Positions 1 to 17,300 of a stretch of 64,000 nucleotides of DNA are shown one piece after another. The notes beneath the pieces are model-generated. The model was not told where the DNA came from and made no database searches. It saw only the letters and a list, made by a program, of their open reading frames with translations. The stretch is from Orbicella franksi. Lineage: Eukaryota. Where the stretch lies: positions 33,294,001-33,358,000 of the forward strand of contig OZ116700.1 in NCBI GenBank assembly GCA_964199315.1, in the 5' to 3' direction. Both the position numbers and the translations under genes were made by a program. Each line of letters starts with the position of its first letter. The first letter of the stretch is position 1.

Positions 1-315
1 CATATTTGTACATTAAGTAGGCCATAGACTTGCTGAGGTGCCAAGACCCCCTTCTGAAAATCTCACTTTAGACTTTAGACTGAGAGACAGACAGCAACAA
101 GCAAAACAAGGCTTCAGACCTCATCACAAAAAATTCGGAGATTTTGATTTTCAATTTCCTAGAGACCAATTTGCCAACCCTTCACCTGACTGCTTGTGAT
201 GTGAAGGGTGACATCTGTGTTGAAACCCTAGTGACTAACCAGACCAGCTTTCAACTCCCAGATATGGACAATTGTAACTTCTTGGATGAGATACTGGCCT
301 AGAGGATGCCTTCTC

Positions 316-473
316 CAGTGGCGGATCTAGGGGAGGGGCCCGCCCCCCTCCCCCCGCTTATTTTAAATAAAAAAAGGAGAAATCACAGAAGGAAGAAAAG
401 CTGGGAGGGCAAGCAAAACACCCCCCCCCCCCCCCCGCCCCCCTCCTCAGCTCAAGGTCTGGATCCGCTAATG
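316..473. mobile_element. Short non-autonomous DNA element (MITE) in an enolase intron
   Basis: Imperfect terminal inverted repeats CAGTGGCGGATC (316) and GATCCGCTAATG (473), with internal C-runs; no coding capacity. Confidence 0.65.
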
Positions 474-527
474 TTCTCCACAGTAGATTGAAAGTAAAAT
501 CAATACTTGAAGGACATTGAATCATAC

Positions 528-5815
<5,288 letters not shown>

Positions 5816-6278
5816 TTTTCCTGTAAAAATTTAGCATTCCTAATCAATAATAATGTTATTATCTTCTCATTATTGATAGCATCTTGCAAGCTTCTTTACA
5901 CTTCAAAGTTATATAATTTACTAAATACAGTGTATAATATTTCTTCTTATAATTGCCAGGGCTTATATCCAGCAATTGAGACTATCAATGGTTTGAAACT
6001 AGGAGTTTAACATTATTTGTACGTTATTTGTACATTATTTGTCTGGTAGACGGTAGTCTTAACTTAAACAACTACAGAATCAACAAGTAACGTTTTCCTA
6101 CTAAAAATTGTATTCTTTACTTAAGCCATCAGCTATCACAATGATTTTGCCCCTCCATAACATACAATTTACAAATACTTTGTGAAGCAGTTGGTGTACA
6201 TGTAATTCCTAGCCTGAAAGGAGTCATGCAAGGAGACTTAATGAGCAAAAATATTTTTAAAGGGTGAAAGGAAATCAC

Positions 6279-6387
6279 CTTGTGCAGGGGCGGGGATAGT
6301 GGACAAACTACATCTGAACAGGTTAAGTTGACATGAGGAGAGGATAATTCTCCCCACCAAGGTCTGGGAGGACTTTAGGAGGTTCAT
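6279..6387 (-). CDS. ENO: Candidate optional enolase exon encoding a 36-aa N-terminal leader
   Basis: Acceptor cttag at 6410, donor CAAG|GTGATT at 6278. ATG at 6387 gives MNLLKSSQTLVGRIILSSCQLNLFRCSLSTIPAPAQ, which splices in frame (G+GA,AAA,ATG) onto the exon containing the canonical Met. Confidence 0.45.
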
Positions 6388-6559
6388 TCCATTCAGCGCA
6401 ACATGGGACCTAAGTTTTAAATCCAAAAAGAAAATTTCTGATATTTCAGAGGGTCCAACATAGGCTTTTTTCAATCTCACATTTTGCCACAATTTTTGGC
6501 TCAATCATGCTCCACTCAGAATGTCTCTGCCGATCCCATCTGGTTATATTAACTGTTGC

Positions 6560-6780
6560 AGTTCTTCGTGCAGCATCCGTAACGTTTGATAATTTTTCTG
6601 TTTTCCATCCCACATCCTGCCGTCAATTTTAATCACATCCCACCTGTCAAAATGAGCAAATCCCTCTTCCACCGAAGTATTTTCATCGCGCATCTTGCCA
6701 TTAAAATTTCTTTCATCCCACATCTTGCCTCCATTCTTACCCTTTTCTTGCATCCCGCCAAACAAATGTTGGACCCTCCT
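6560..6780 (-). repeat. Decayed DNA-transposon/MITE fragment with repeated CATCCC(G/A)C motifs
   Basis: Several copies of (T)CATCCCAC/CATCCCGC subterminal-type motifs ending at GGACCCTC. Confidence 0.4.
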
Positions 6781-7970
6781 TTGAGGAGAATCTCCCACCA
6801 GTTGCTACATTTATTAATGAAATGTATGAACATATATATTTTACGTCATTTCACATACTGCGCCCTCTGTCAACTTGTTGTCTTCAATCGGTCATGAGAT
6901 AACACACTGAGTTTTGGGGTAATATATGATGCACAACAGGCATGCAGCTATGAAAACACTAAGTCAGTTCAACACAAGCACAGCTGACTTTTCTGGCCTT
7001 TGCACAATTTTTTTTTGCACCAAATTTCAGCCAATTAAGTTCCCTTTCAGCCAGTGAAATTAGCTGGTAGCCAGCCCTTAGCTACATCTCTAGTGCAAAA
7101 CAAGGTACACTGTGAGTGAAACACGATAAAATGCCCTGGAGCAATTGTAGACTGTACCCAGCAACTCCAAAGAGCTTATAACCAGAACTCTGTGTAAAGT
7201 GCTGTGTAGAACAAGGGTGAAAACAACAGGAACTATTTTAAAATCAAAAAAAGGAGATAACATGTCAGATACTGTAAAATTTAGCTGATGACCTTCACCT
7301 TGCCGTACCCTTGTTATCTTTGTACTAGACAAAAATCATTTGGGAACATAGATCAGTAAAAATGCTGACACTAAATATTTTAACTGAGCTCATTGATTGG
7401 AGATTTAAATGGGAAAATATTGCAAATTAATCATTTTCAAGCAAGAGCCGTGAAGCTCAATTTTAGGAAGTCCTCCCAGACCCCAGTACCTGCTTGTGAC
7501 ACCCAGAACCTCTAGGTGTGGTGATTTGAACAAAAGAAAAACAAATTGCAAAGATCACTGGCCAGATGTCATTACTGTTCAAATAATATGAAAAGCTGCT
7601 GAAGGATTGTGGTATCTCTGGGAGTTACGTGCCATGGGTCAGGCTCCATATCACCTGATGTTGAATCAGGCGAACGGAAAAGTTTCATCCCATGATTGCA
7701 AAGATTTAGCTGCATGTCAAAAACTACAATAACTTAAAACCTAAATTTCGTTATGCCATAATCAATTCAGCTCAAAACGAACTATTTATCATGTTTACTT
7801 ATTATTTGTCTAGGAAAAAGCGGAAAAAGTTGCAGGGGATTGGAATGACATGATCTTGCATAATTTCTTCTAGAATGCTGAGAAACTCTCAACGGCTGGA
7901 AAGATCTTTCAAGTATAAGCAAAAATCCTTAAAAGAGAAGCCCATAAAACAGAAAAGAAGGTTGACTTAC

Positions 7971-8090
7971 GGTTAAAAGGAGCAGATTTTGCAGTGTCAC
8001 TGACAATGTGTACACGGACTCCTCTTAAGTGCAGTGCAGTGAGGGAAGGCAAAGAGCAAGTCTTGTTCTGTCACTGAAAGCACGAACGCC
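7971..8090 (-). other. ENO: Probable non-coding first exon of enolase
   Basis: Strong minus-strand donor ACC|GTAAGTC at 7970, no ATG in the segment, and it lies directly against the CCAAT-box cluster. The 5' end is approximate. Confidence 0.5.
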
Positions 8091-8145
8091 ATTGGTCAAA
8101 AATAAATCAACTGGTGATTGGTTTTGAAAAATGACCAATCAGAGA
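8085..8145. promoter_or_regulatory. Bidirectional promoter core shared by enolase and SPEN
   Basis: Three NF-Y-type boxes: ATTGG 8091-8095, ATTGG 8117-8121, CCAAT 8135-8139, between the two divergent genes. Confidence 0.55.
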
Positions 8146-8328
8146 AGATTTTATATCACGCGATTCAGTAACTCCCATGATCCTCTGCAAGTGAAATCGC
8201 GAAGTCTCCGCTTTCCCTGTGAATATATTTCAAAAGTTGTTAGGAAAATGTGTGTCTTTACGGCTGTTCTGCGTGTCGCAACGGATCGGACAGCTTTTAC
8301 CAAGTAGGAACGACTATTCGTAAACAGG

Positions 8329-11300
8329 ATGGTACGCGAAACTCGCCATTTGTGGGTCGGAAACCTTCCGGAAAACATCAGGGAAGAAGAAATTGTCAAG
8401 CACTTCACCAGGTCAGAATCAACAATTTTCAATTTTTGGCGCGCTGCAAGGTGCATCATATTCCCTAATGATCACATTTTGGTTCCTTGTATGAACCTTT
8501 ACAAAGTTGTAACAGTGTTTTGTTGTTTGAGGTTTTACTTTTCCCTATCGTGGAACGATTGGTGCAGTTGAGTTTCTGGTGTATAGCAGGGACGCTACGA
8601 AAATCAATTTGTTGCTAATGCTTAGTTGATCTTCTAATTGTTAAAGAAGCTTTCGCGGTTCTTGTTGAAATTTACTTTAACACGAAATATTGCCAATTCT
8701 TGTGTTATTGTATGAGAGAAACTATATATTGATTGTCTGACTTGCTGCCCACAAAATTACCGCACAGCCTTTGGCTCCAAGCTGAAATCGAAAATTAAGT
8801 TTACTTGTGTTGACACACTCTCTCGTCTTTTTGATAGTTATTCACGACAGCTATTGCTGAAGAAAACTTAAAATATATTTTTTTCAATAGTAGTATGTTG
8901 GAATTTATTTAGAATGGGGAAAATGTATACTTTGAAGAGAACTTTATGCTTCCAAGAAGCAGAGGGCCGATTTTACCGGGCGATTTTAGCAATGTTTGGA
9001 CCCCCGGAATCTTTGTGTTACACGTCACCAAGTTGGTTTATATGAAATCGTCGTCTTGTTTTTCTTTCTCCACAGATATGGCCGGGTGGAAAGCGTTAAA
9101 ATATTACCAAAACGAAGCCAGGAAGGCGGAAGGGCGGCATTCGTCGATTTTGTGGATATTCGAAGCGCTACCAAAGCGCACGAGGCTGTGAACAGAATCG
9201 GAGACCGTGAAATGCGTACGGATTACAATGAACCAGGCAGTGCGGGGAATATTTCCCGGCTGCACGGGCATACAGACCCGCCGACAAGAACTAAGAGTAA
9301 CTCGGCTCCTGGATCGCCGGTACAAAGACGGCGATTTGACAGACGAGCAGAGGGGTAAGTGATTCATAAGCTATTTCCTAAGTGTATTTTTTGGCGGCAA
9401 CATGAAATTGTCACGTGAGACTGACACGTTCTTCAAATGGCGCAAGTCACGAAAGAAAACGTTGTAAGTATACATTACGTGCAGTGTGTGGGTATGGTAT
9501 GGTTTTTGAAAGAAAAATAAATTTTTAAAAAAACCAAGAAAATCGTCTGCACTGGCCTTTCACTTTACTTGTATTCTGTGAAGTGTCGGCAAACATCTCT
9601 AGCATTCAAATGAAATGCCACCTTGCCAACCCATGTCATATCGGATTGTGGTATACTGTGAGTTTTAAAAATGCAAGCATTTGCACCATCATTAAAGATG
9701 GATGGAATCCTGTAATACCATCAAACATGATCATTCTTTTGTTGGGAAACAAGATTTTACCACAGCTCATGAAAAATCTTATGGTCGATTTGGAAAAGAG
9801 ATTTTGTGGATGTTAGCAAGAAAATTGCTCAAGAAAAAGATGTCATGTCAACCTTTGGAAGAATATCAACTTTTGTGGTTGGATTCGTAACAACAAGTAT
9901 AGCAACAAATTCGTAAAATACCATGGTATGTGATTGGTCAGCTATGAGCCACGTTTTCTGTAAAAGAATCTATTGGACTTCCAAGCATTCTTTATGCTCC
10001 AAACCATCATTGTTGCAAGAAGAAAATGTGGAAAGTTAAAGAGTGTGTGGTTGGGAACTCAAATCTCACTTGAGAGGAATCGAAGATTGATGAAAGTTGT
10101 CCTTTACTTCCCACAAGCATCAAAGGGATCAAGATTGTTCAAAAACACTGCAAGGATTTCGAGGATTTGTGAAAGTGCGACATCGATTTGTATGGTTGTT
10201 GACTTCCATGACTGTCAGGTCTGTGTCTGTAAAAGAGCTTCCATGTTCCACTCCAATCAGGATTTGACAGGATGACAAGTTGTGGCTTTGTATAGATTGA
10301 ATGTAAATCTTAGATCAGAGCCTACTGAGGTCCTTACTTTTGATTCAGGATGAATCAACACCATTAGAGGAGCACGGCAACCTTTCCTGGATCATGAGTG
10401 CTTCACTGCTTTGATGAGGAAAAATAGTGGCTTAAAGCTGTTATGGATTTCTTTTTTGTATCTTTTTCTGTAGCCTGTACTGAAAGTATGATGGACTTCT
10501 TCGTAGCTGATTTTACTCAACCCCCCAAATTCAATTGGATGAGGTCTGTCGAAGGGTTTAATTTGTTTATTCTGTGAGTGCAAGGAAAAACTCAACCTGA
10601 CTATCTAAAACTTAAGAGTCATCAACATCCTGTTTCTCCTTATAAGATCAATACATTTTAAAGTATACAGGTGTCAGGGAAACAAATTGAATCAACGAGA
10701 GGTTTGAGTGCCTTGATGTGCTGCCAAAATTTCCAGTACTTACATCGTGTCAATTGTATGGAAATCAGTGTGGTGTATTGTTAGTTTTCGTTTGTGACCC
10801 AACTACATGGACACCCTTTACCTGATTTGGATCTTGTCAACACAACTTTACAATAAAGATCAAGATTGTGGCCGAGTACAAACTTTTATATAAGAATCAC
10901 TAGACTTGTGGAGGAGATTTCAAATATTACCCAATGCCATTCTTGCTGGTGCTGTGCAAGATGTGTGGAATCGTACATTGTACTGGACAACTTGAAAAAA
11001 ATTACCAGTGCTTCATCTGTGTGGATTTTTGTCTGGAATGGTCAGGATTTATTTTAAAAGCAGAGACTTGGTTTCCAACGCCACAAGCTGTGGGGATAGA
11101 TCAGAAACAGAACAGCAAAACTTGGAATTATACTGGGATTTGTCTTCGGATGACTTTACAAAATGCACAGTCTTGGTCTCTGTTCTTCATTCTTAATAAA
11201 AATTATTATCATCACTTCAGCAGAGGTTGCGTTTGATAATAAGCTGTTCCAACAAGAACAAGTGTACCAACAAGATTACCTCTTGAAAGTTGATTGAATT

Positions 11301-14300
11301 AAAGTGCTCTGAAGAACAGATCAAACATATGAGTGTCATTACATGATTGTGTGGATTATGGGGAGTGTTTGTCTTTTAATGTTTACAAAGTGGTGTGGCT
11401 GGCAAAGTGTATGGTCATCTTTCAATGTTGTAAGTGTGGCCCACGGAATTCAAATTGGGATGATTTTAGTGTAGTATACTGTACTTTGACGAGTACATAT
11501 CATGAAGTGGTGTTGTTGATAGGCAAGCCGACAACTAATGTTATACTAAGACAGTCAGGTTAGTACTGCGTAAAATTATTTATCGAATTTATCCATTCAA
11601 TGCTTTGCTTCAAGTGTCATTTCTTCACATGCCACTACAGTGTTAGTGTTTGTTAATGCTTTGCGCAACCATCCCTCCGGAGACAAAAGAGCGAAATATA
11701 AGGGAAAGTGGGAAGACCAGTATTGATAGACATTTTGGGAAATGTTTTCACTTGTCACAACCTTCTGCCAATAAACAAAAACAATCTGTTATTATTAGTA
11801 TTGTTTGTTGTCTTTGTTAATGTTAAGGAGTAACCAGCAATGAACTAGCATCCCATCCAGGGGTTGTAAAAATACTCCTAGTCACTTCAAGGACCTTTGA
11901 TGAAAAACTTCATCTCTTGTCTGATAATCCAAAATTACTGTTCAAATCATTCATTAGTTTAGTGAGAAAATGAAAATAAAATTTTTCTGTTAGATGACGT
12001 CTTTTTCCAACCAAAAACTGCTAAAATAAAAAAAAAATCTGCAATGGCTTGGTTTTGAATTGTGTATCATATTGCAAAGTTTGAGCTCAATTTGATTAAA
12101 AACACAAAAGTAGTTCCCTGATGACACTTTCTGGACGACAGCTGACCTGGTGCAAATGTTGGACATCAGGGGATGTTACAGCATGATTGTTAGGATTTGA
12201 CTGTATAAATGCATCTGTGGACAATTTCTTATCTTCTTATCTTGCTCTTTAGCTATAGCAGCAAATGTAGATATTGGTCTGTTTGTAGAGTTTTAATCAG
12301 CATGATAAGTTGTTTTATTTTCACATGTAATCCAATGTGTCACTGCCATATTCAGATAGATCCTGTGACTAGATTGTACGAATGATCAAATCAACTCAGT
12401 TCCATTTTGAATGGACTGCTGTTTACACTTAAATCTTTAGGATATTCTTTAAATTTCTAAGGTCTCCCTAGCTTTTCATGTGAAATTTCGACACTTAAGT
12501 TATGAGGTAGTACTATATGACTTTATGAAGAATCTCTTGATTGGGCAGAGATGAAAAAAGTGTGGGGAATCAACCATGGAACTAATGAAATAGAGAATAA
12601 TTACCTGTTTTATTTCCAAACAGTAGTGCATCTGACGGGAGGTACAGTGGCCGGCCACAGACTTTTTACCAAGATGGATACGGTGATGATGAGGGTGCAG
12701 CCCCAAGGGCACCAGCTGGAGGTGGAAGTGGAAGTGGAGTCAGTGCAAACAGAGCCAGGCCTCGTAATAGTAGAGATCATCGAAGACAGCCTTACAGCCA
12801 TGGTCAAGAACCTCGTAGAACTACTCATAAACCTGGTAAGCTCCAAGATTGAGTTGCTCTGTAATTAAGTATCTCATTATGCAGTATATTTAACCTTTTC
12901 AAATGAAAATACTATCCTTTCACCCATCAAATTGTCGATATTTCTCTATCTATGGGAGCTTAAAACACCTTATCTTATAGCAGGGGTTTCGTTAACGTTT
13001 TCAGAAGCAGGGTAACTGGTTTTCACAGGCAGGCAAAACGTTTTGAACTGAACTTCTCTGTAAGAAGAACTTTCCTTTAGATGGTGCCCTGTACCTGGCC
13101 CTAAATGAAACCCCTGCTGCGGCTTGTGAAAACCAACAAAATTGCATCTTGCTGGATTAAAATTTAGGCTTCCTACTGCCTCCAAAGGAACAGTAAACCT
13201 TCTCTTTAAATTTGCCTTCAAGTAAACTGGCAACTGAGGTTGTCTTGTCATTGACTTTACTACAGTATAACACTACTGTGGATTTACTCCTTTCATTCTT
13301 TAGAAGCATATCGGGATCAAGATCCCAGTCCAGATCACTCCAGCGGTAGTGATAGTGGCAGTGAAAGTAGCCACAGTAGAAGTCAGTCACCCAGTTCAAG
13401 TGGTAGCAGTAGCAGTGAAGAAGAAGAAGGCAGTAGAACTGAAAGTGTCCATGCACCTGCTCCATCTTCAGAAGCACCACAAAGCAGAACCTCCACACTC
13501 TGTTTGAGGAATATTTCTTTGCGATCAGGAGGTAGGTGACTTGTATTGAAGTCTTTAATTCTTCAGAATTCTTGTGGGAAATTGAATTGAAGGTTAGTGT
13601 TGACAAAACATATTGCCAAATTTGTGTCTCAGTGTCTTTTTTTCTTGAAGGAAAAAGTAAAGGACATCATTGAAAAGTCACATTGTCAAGGGTGTAAAAT
13701 TGTATGGGACTGGGTGTTAAACTTTTATAAATTCTCTTTTAATAAAACAACAACATGAATAGCAGCCATACTTTTTTTGTCAAGGTTTTTACTTGCCATT
13801 CTTAACATTTCTTTATCTTTCAGTTAGTAACCAATCTTTCTTGTTTAATATCTTAGATAGCAGTGTCCATGATGGCCTTTATCATGAGTTTAAAAAGCAT
13901 GGGGATGTATCTCGTATATTTGTGAATGGTCAAGGCTCCAGCCGATATGCTATTGTGCACTTTAGAAGGTACATATTGGTGTCTTCTTGTCTTATACTTG
14001 ACCCTCCTAAGTTTGATTTTCTTAGAACTAGACAAGTGCATCACCTTACAAGCAAATGCATTATAGCTACAACTGAATACATGAGTTGCATTGTACATGT
14101 AAATGACACAGAAAATAAATCTGAGTACCTAACTGGATTTGAATCCTCCCAGACATGCCAGTCAGGAACACTAACCACTGAGCTACAGACAGATTTGTGG
14201 TGAACTAGGACAGTTACAAGGTTGATGTGATAGTTTTCCTGCCTAACTGCTAGATACATATGAATGTATCTGAATTAATTTCAGTCCAGTTTTACATCAT

Positions 14301-17300
14301 ATATTGTTTTCTTTTGGAGTCACAGTGTGACTTGAAATTTATTGATTGTTTTCCTGTAAGCTAATATTTTGTACTCTAACAACTGGGATCACTCAAGTAG
14401 TTTTTAAGGTACAGTTGCCCCTATGCCCATAGATACATGTTCTAAGCAGGTAGTTAGTCAGGCTGGCAACCAAATACAAACATATCACTTTAAAATGGTG
14501 TTTTCTCACCTGAGATTTGCCTGTATTATAAAAGATATTCTTTGTTGTCGATAGGCCTGAAGATGCTGAGCGAGGTCTTGAAGCATGTCGTGGAAAAATG
14601 TTCCTTGGTGCTGAGATGGATCTGCAGTATTGGCATGGTTAGTTAACAGTTGATAGTCATATCATTAAACTGTTGTGACCGGTATGTTATGACCATGGAT
14701 TCTACATTTTAAGAAAAAAATTCACTAAATTCCTTTTTAACCCTTTATAACACCATGGCACAATTTGCCAACTATTCAAATAATTGTTGAAATGCTGAAG
14801 TTTTGTTTTCACTTCATTTGTTGTTAACAAATGGAATGTTACAGAATTTTCATTATGATAAGATAATTGATTCCTCACTTCTCTTGAACTTTCTCGCAAG
14901 GATACTGACGAAAATAATAAAGAGAATGTTTTTTTCTTATCACCAATTTTCATCATAGATGACCGTTATGATAGCAGTGATCATCCTCCACGCCATCGCT
15001 CGCATGGTAGTTCTATGGTAGATGATGATTTTGATCCAGGCTGCACTCGAACTCTTTTTGTGGGAAACATTGAAAAGACAACAACATTTTCAGATCTTAA
15101 GGAGGCATTTGAGAGATATGGAGAGATTGTGGTGAGTAATAAGGATACCTTTGATGAATGAGAAATGGCTCAACTACTGGTAATGCTGAACCAAGGTGTG
15201 AATTCTGTTGATAGAACATGCTGTGCATTCAAGGAAGTTTCTGTAGCATGAATTCACTAGGAGTATTTACAGGGGTTTCATTAACGTCTCCAGCAGGAGG
15301 TCACCTGGTTTTCACAGGCGGGCAAAACTTTTTGAACTGAACTTTTTACAGGAAAAACATTACTCTAGATGGTTAAACCAGGTGGGCAAAACTGTCTTCA
15401 CAGCTGGTCAATTTGTCCGATGCCCGGCCCTTAATGACAATACCATTATTTGGTTTTCCTCAATGGGATGCTCGTCCATGTCAGGTTACACCTCACCATT
15501 CTGAGAGTTTGCCTGAACAGGTCACTAGCACTCTTTAGTCTTTTACTGGTGCACTGTGAATGAAAATTGTCTGGACCATGTGATTCAAAGTCCAACAAAC
15601 TAGCCCCTTTGCCACTTAGCCTCCAAACTAGTTTAGTGAATTCTCACACTACTCCTTTCATTGCAGGATGTTGATATTAAGAAACAGGCTGGTAACAATC
15701 CCTATGCCTTCATCCAGTTTGTTGAGCTCAGCAGTGCTATCCAAGCTCGCAGGCGGATGGACAGAGAATTTGTGGGACGCAACAGAGTCAAGGTGCAGAA
15801 GTACATATGTACATAGAGTCATATAGTCAATGCAGTCTTACCAACCAATTCGTAGCAAACAATTCTTTTGATGTTAGCTTTGGAAATGTGATGGTACAAT
15901 TTGCCAATATCCCCTAATTGATGGCTCTCTTTGTTCTGAGTACCTGTCTGCTCAACAATGTATTGAGTTAATCAGTGGAAATGTATTAGAAATGCAGTTA
16001 ATCCGCCAATCACAAGGTGGAAAATTATGCTGATGTAAATTTTTTCAGTCGGTCAATTTGTCTGTTGGAATGTTTGTGTTTCAGGTTGGGTTTGGCAAGG
16101 TGTCACCCATCAACACCATCTGGGTGGGAGGGCTGAGTGGGTTGAACGACCAGCAGATTGAGAGACACTTCAGTCGATATGGGCGTGTCACCAGGGTGGT
16201 GGTGAACCGTGCTAGAGAACAGGCCCTGGTCAGTTTTGACAGTGTCGAGTCTGCAAGCATTGCCCAAGGAGAAATGAAGGGCAGGACTATGTTTAGTCGG
16301 CGTGTGAGGGTAAGAATATTTTCATTTACACACAAATAGCTGAATCTTTTACATTTTTCCTCATTAACATACGAATAGAGAAGGCATCACGCTGGACACA
16401 AATTGACTACAAACGTTTAAAGAGCTTGTGAAACTTCGTAATTGGTGAAATTTTTGGCTCTTTGGGTGTAATGTTCGAGAGGAAATTGGCTTTCAAAAAC
16501 TGCACCTGGGTAAAAGCACTGATGAGCTCATGCTTTCTTTTTTAAAAACCCGCGCGCACAAAATGTATTCAACACATTTGGCTCAAATTCCTTGGCACAG
16601 TTTATTGCGCTGTGCTCTTTCAATATTCAGAATTAAATGTTTTTGTAGCTCCATCAGAAACCGTATCGCTTATGCTATGTTTATGAGGCAAATACTGTAA
16701 ACAAAGATTCTCTTATAAATACTGTGACAACGCTGGAAAAAATGCGTTTTTATCAATCTTGATTGTTCTCTTCTGTTTTCATGACACAGGTTGAGTTTGT
16801 TAGCCGCGACAGTCGCCAACTTTTCTTCGACGCCTTGGGGCGTTCCGCTCCATCTGATGGCAGCAGCGGCAGCAGTAGCCGGAGATACGAGCCTTCGTCT
16901 CCGAGATCCCGTGGTCGAGGGGGTGGGTCCGGGTATTACGATAACCGGTGGGATAGAGGCCGAGGAGGACGTGGTAATATGAGACGGGACATGTCAAGTC
17001 ACAGACCCTGGCACAGAGGCGGCGGCGAATATGAATATTCTGAGGGCAGCGGTTATCATCAGAGAGGGCATGTGCGCTACCGTGGGTCATACGAAGGGGC
17101 TGGGTACGAGTCAGATGATTATGATCAAGAGCTTCGTGATTACAACTACAGTCGGCAGCGAGAGAGGGAAAAAGAACAAGGACGACAGAGACACGAGAGG
17201 AGCGGACGGGACAGGGATCGAGAAGATGGAAACTACAGTGCAAATGAACGATTTTACCCTGAGAACCAAGAACGCTGGCGTGAAGATAGGAGTAGCTCGG

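Noticed and set aside
7090-7332. Minus ORF starting MSSTKITRV, superficially like an enolase N-terminus
   Set aside because: It begins at TTG, similarity ends after a few residues, and the true first coding exon is at 5728-5815.
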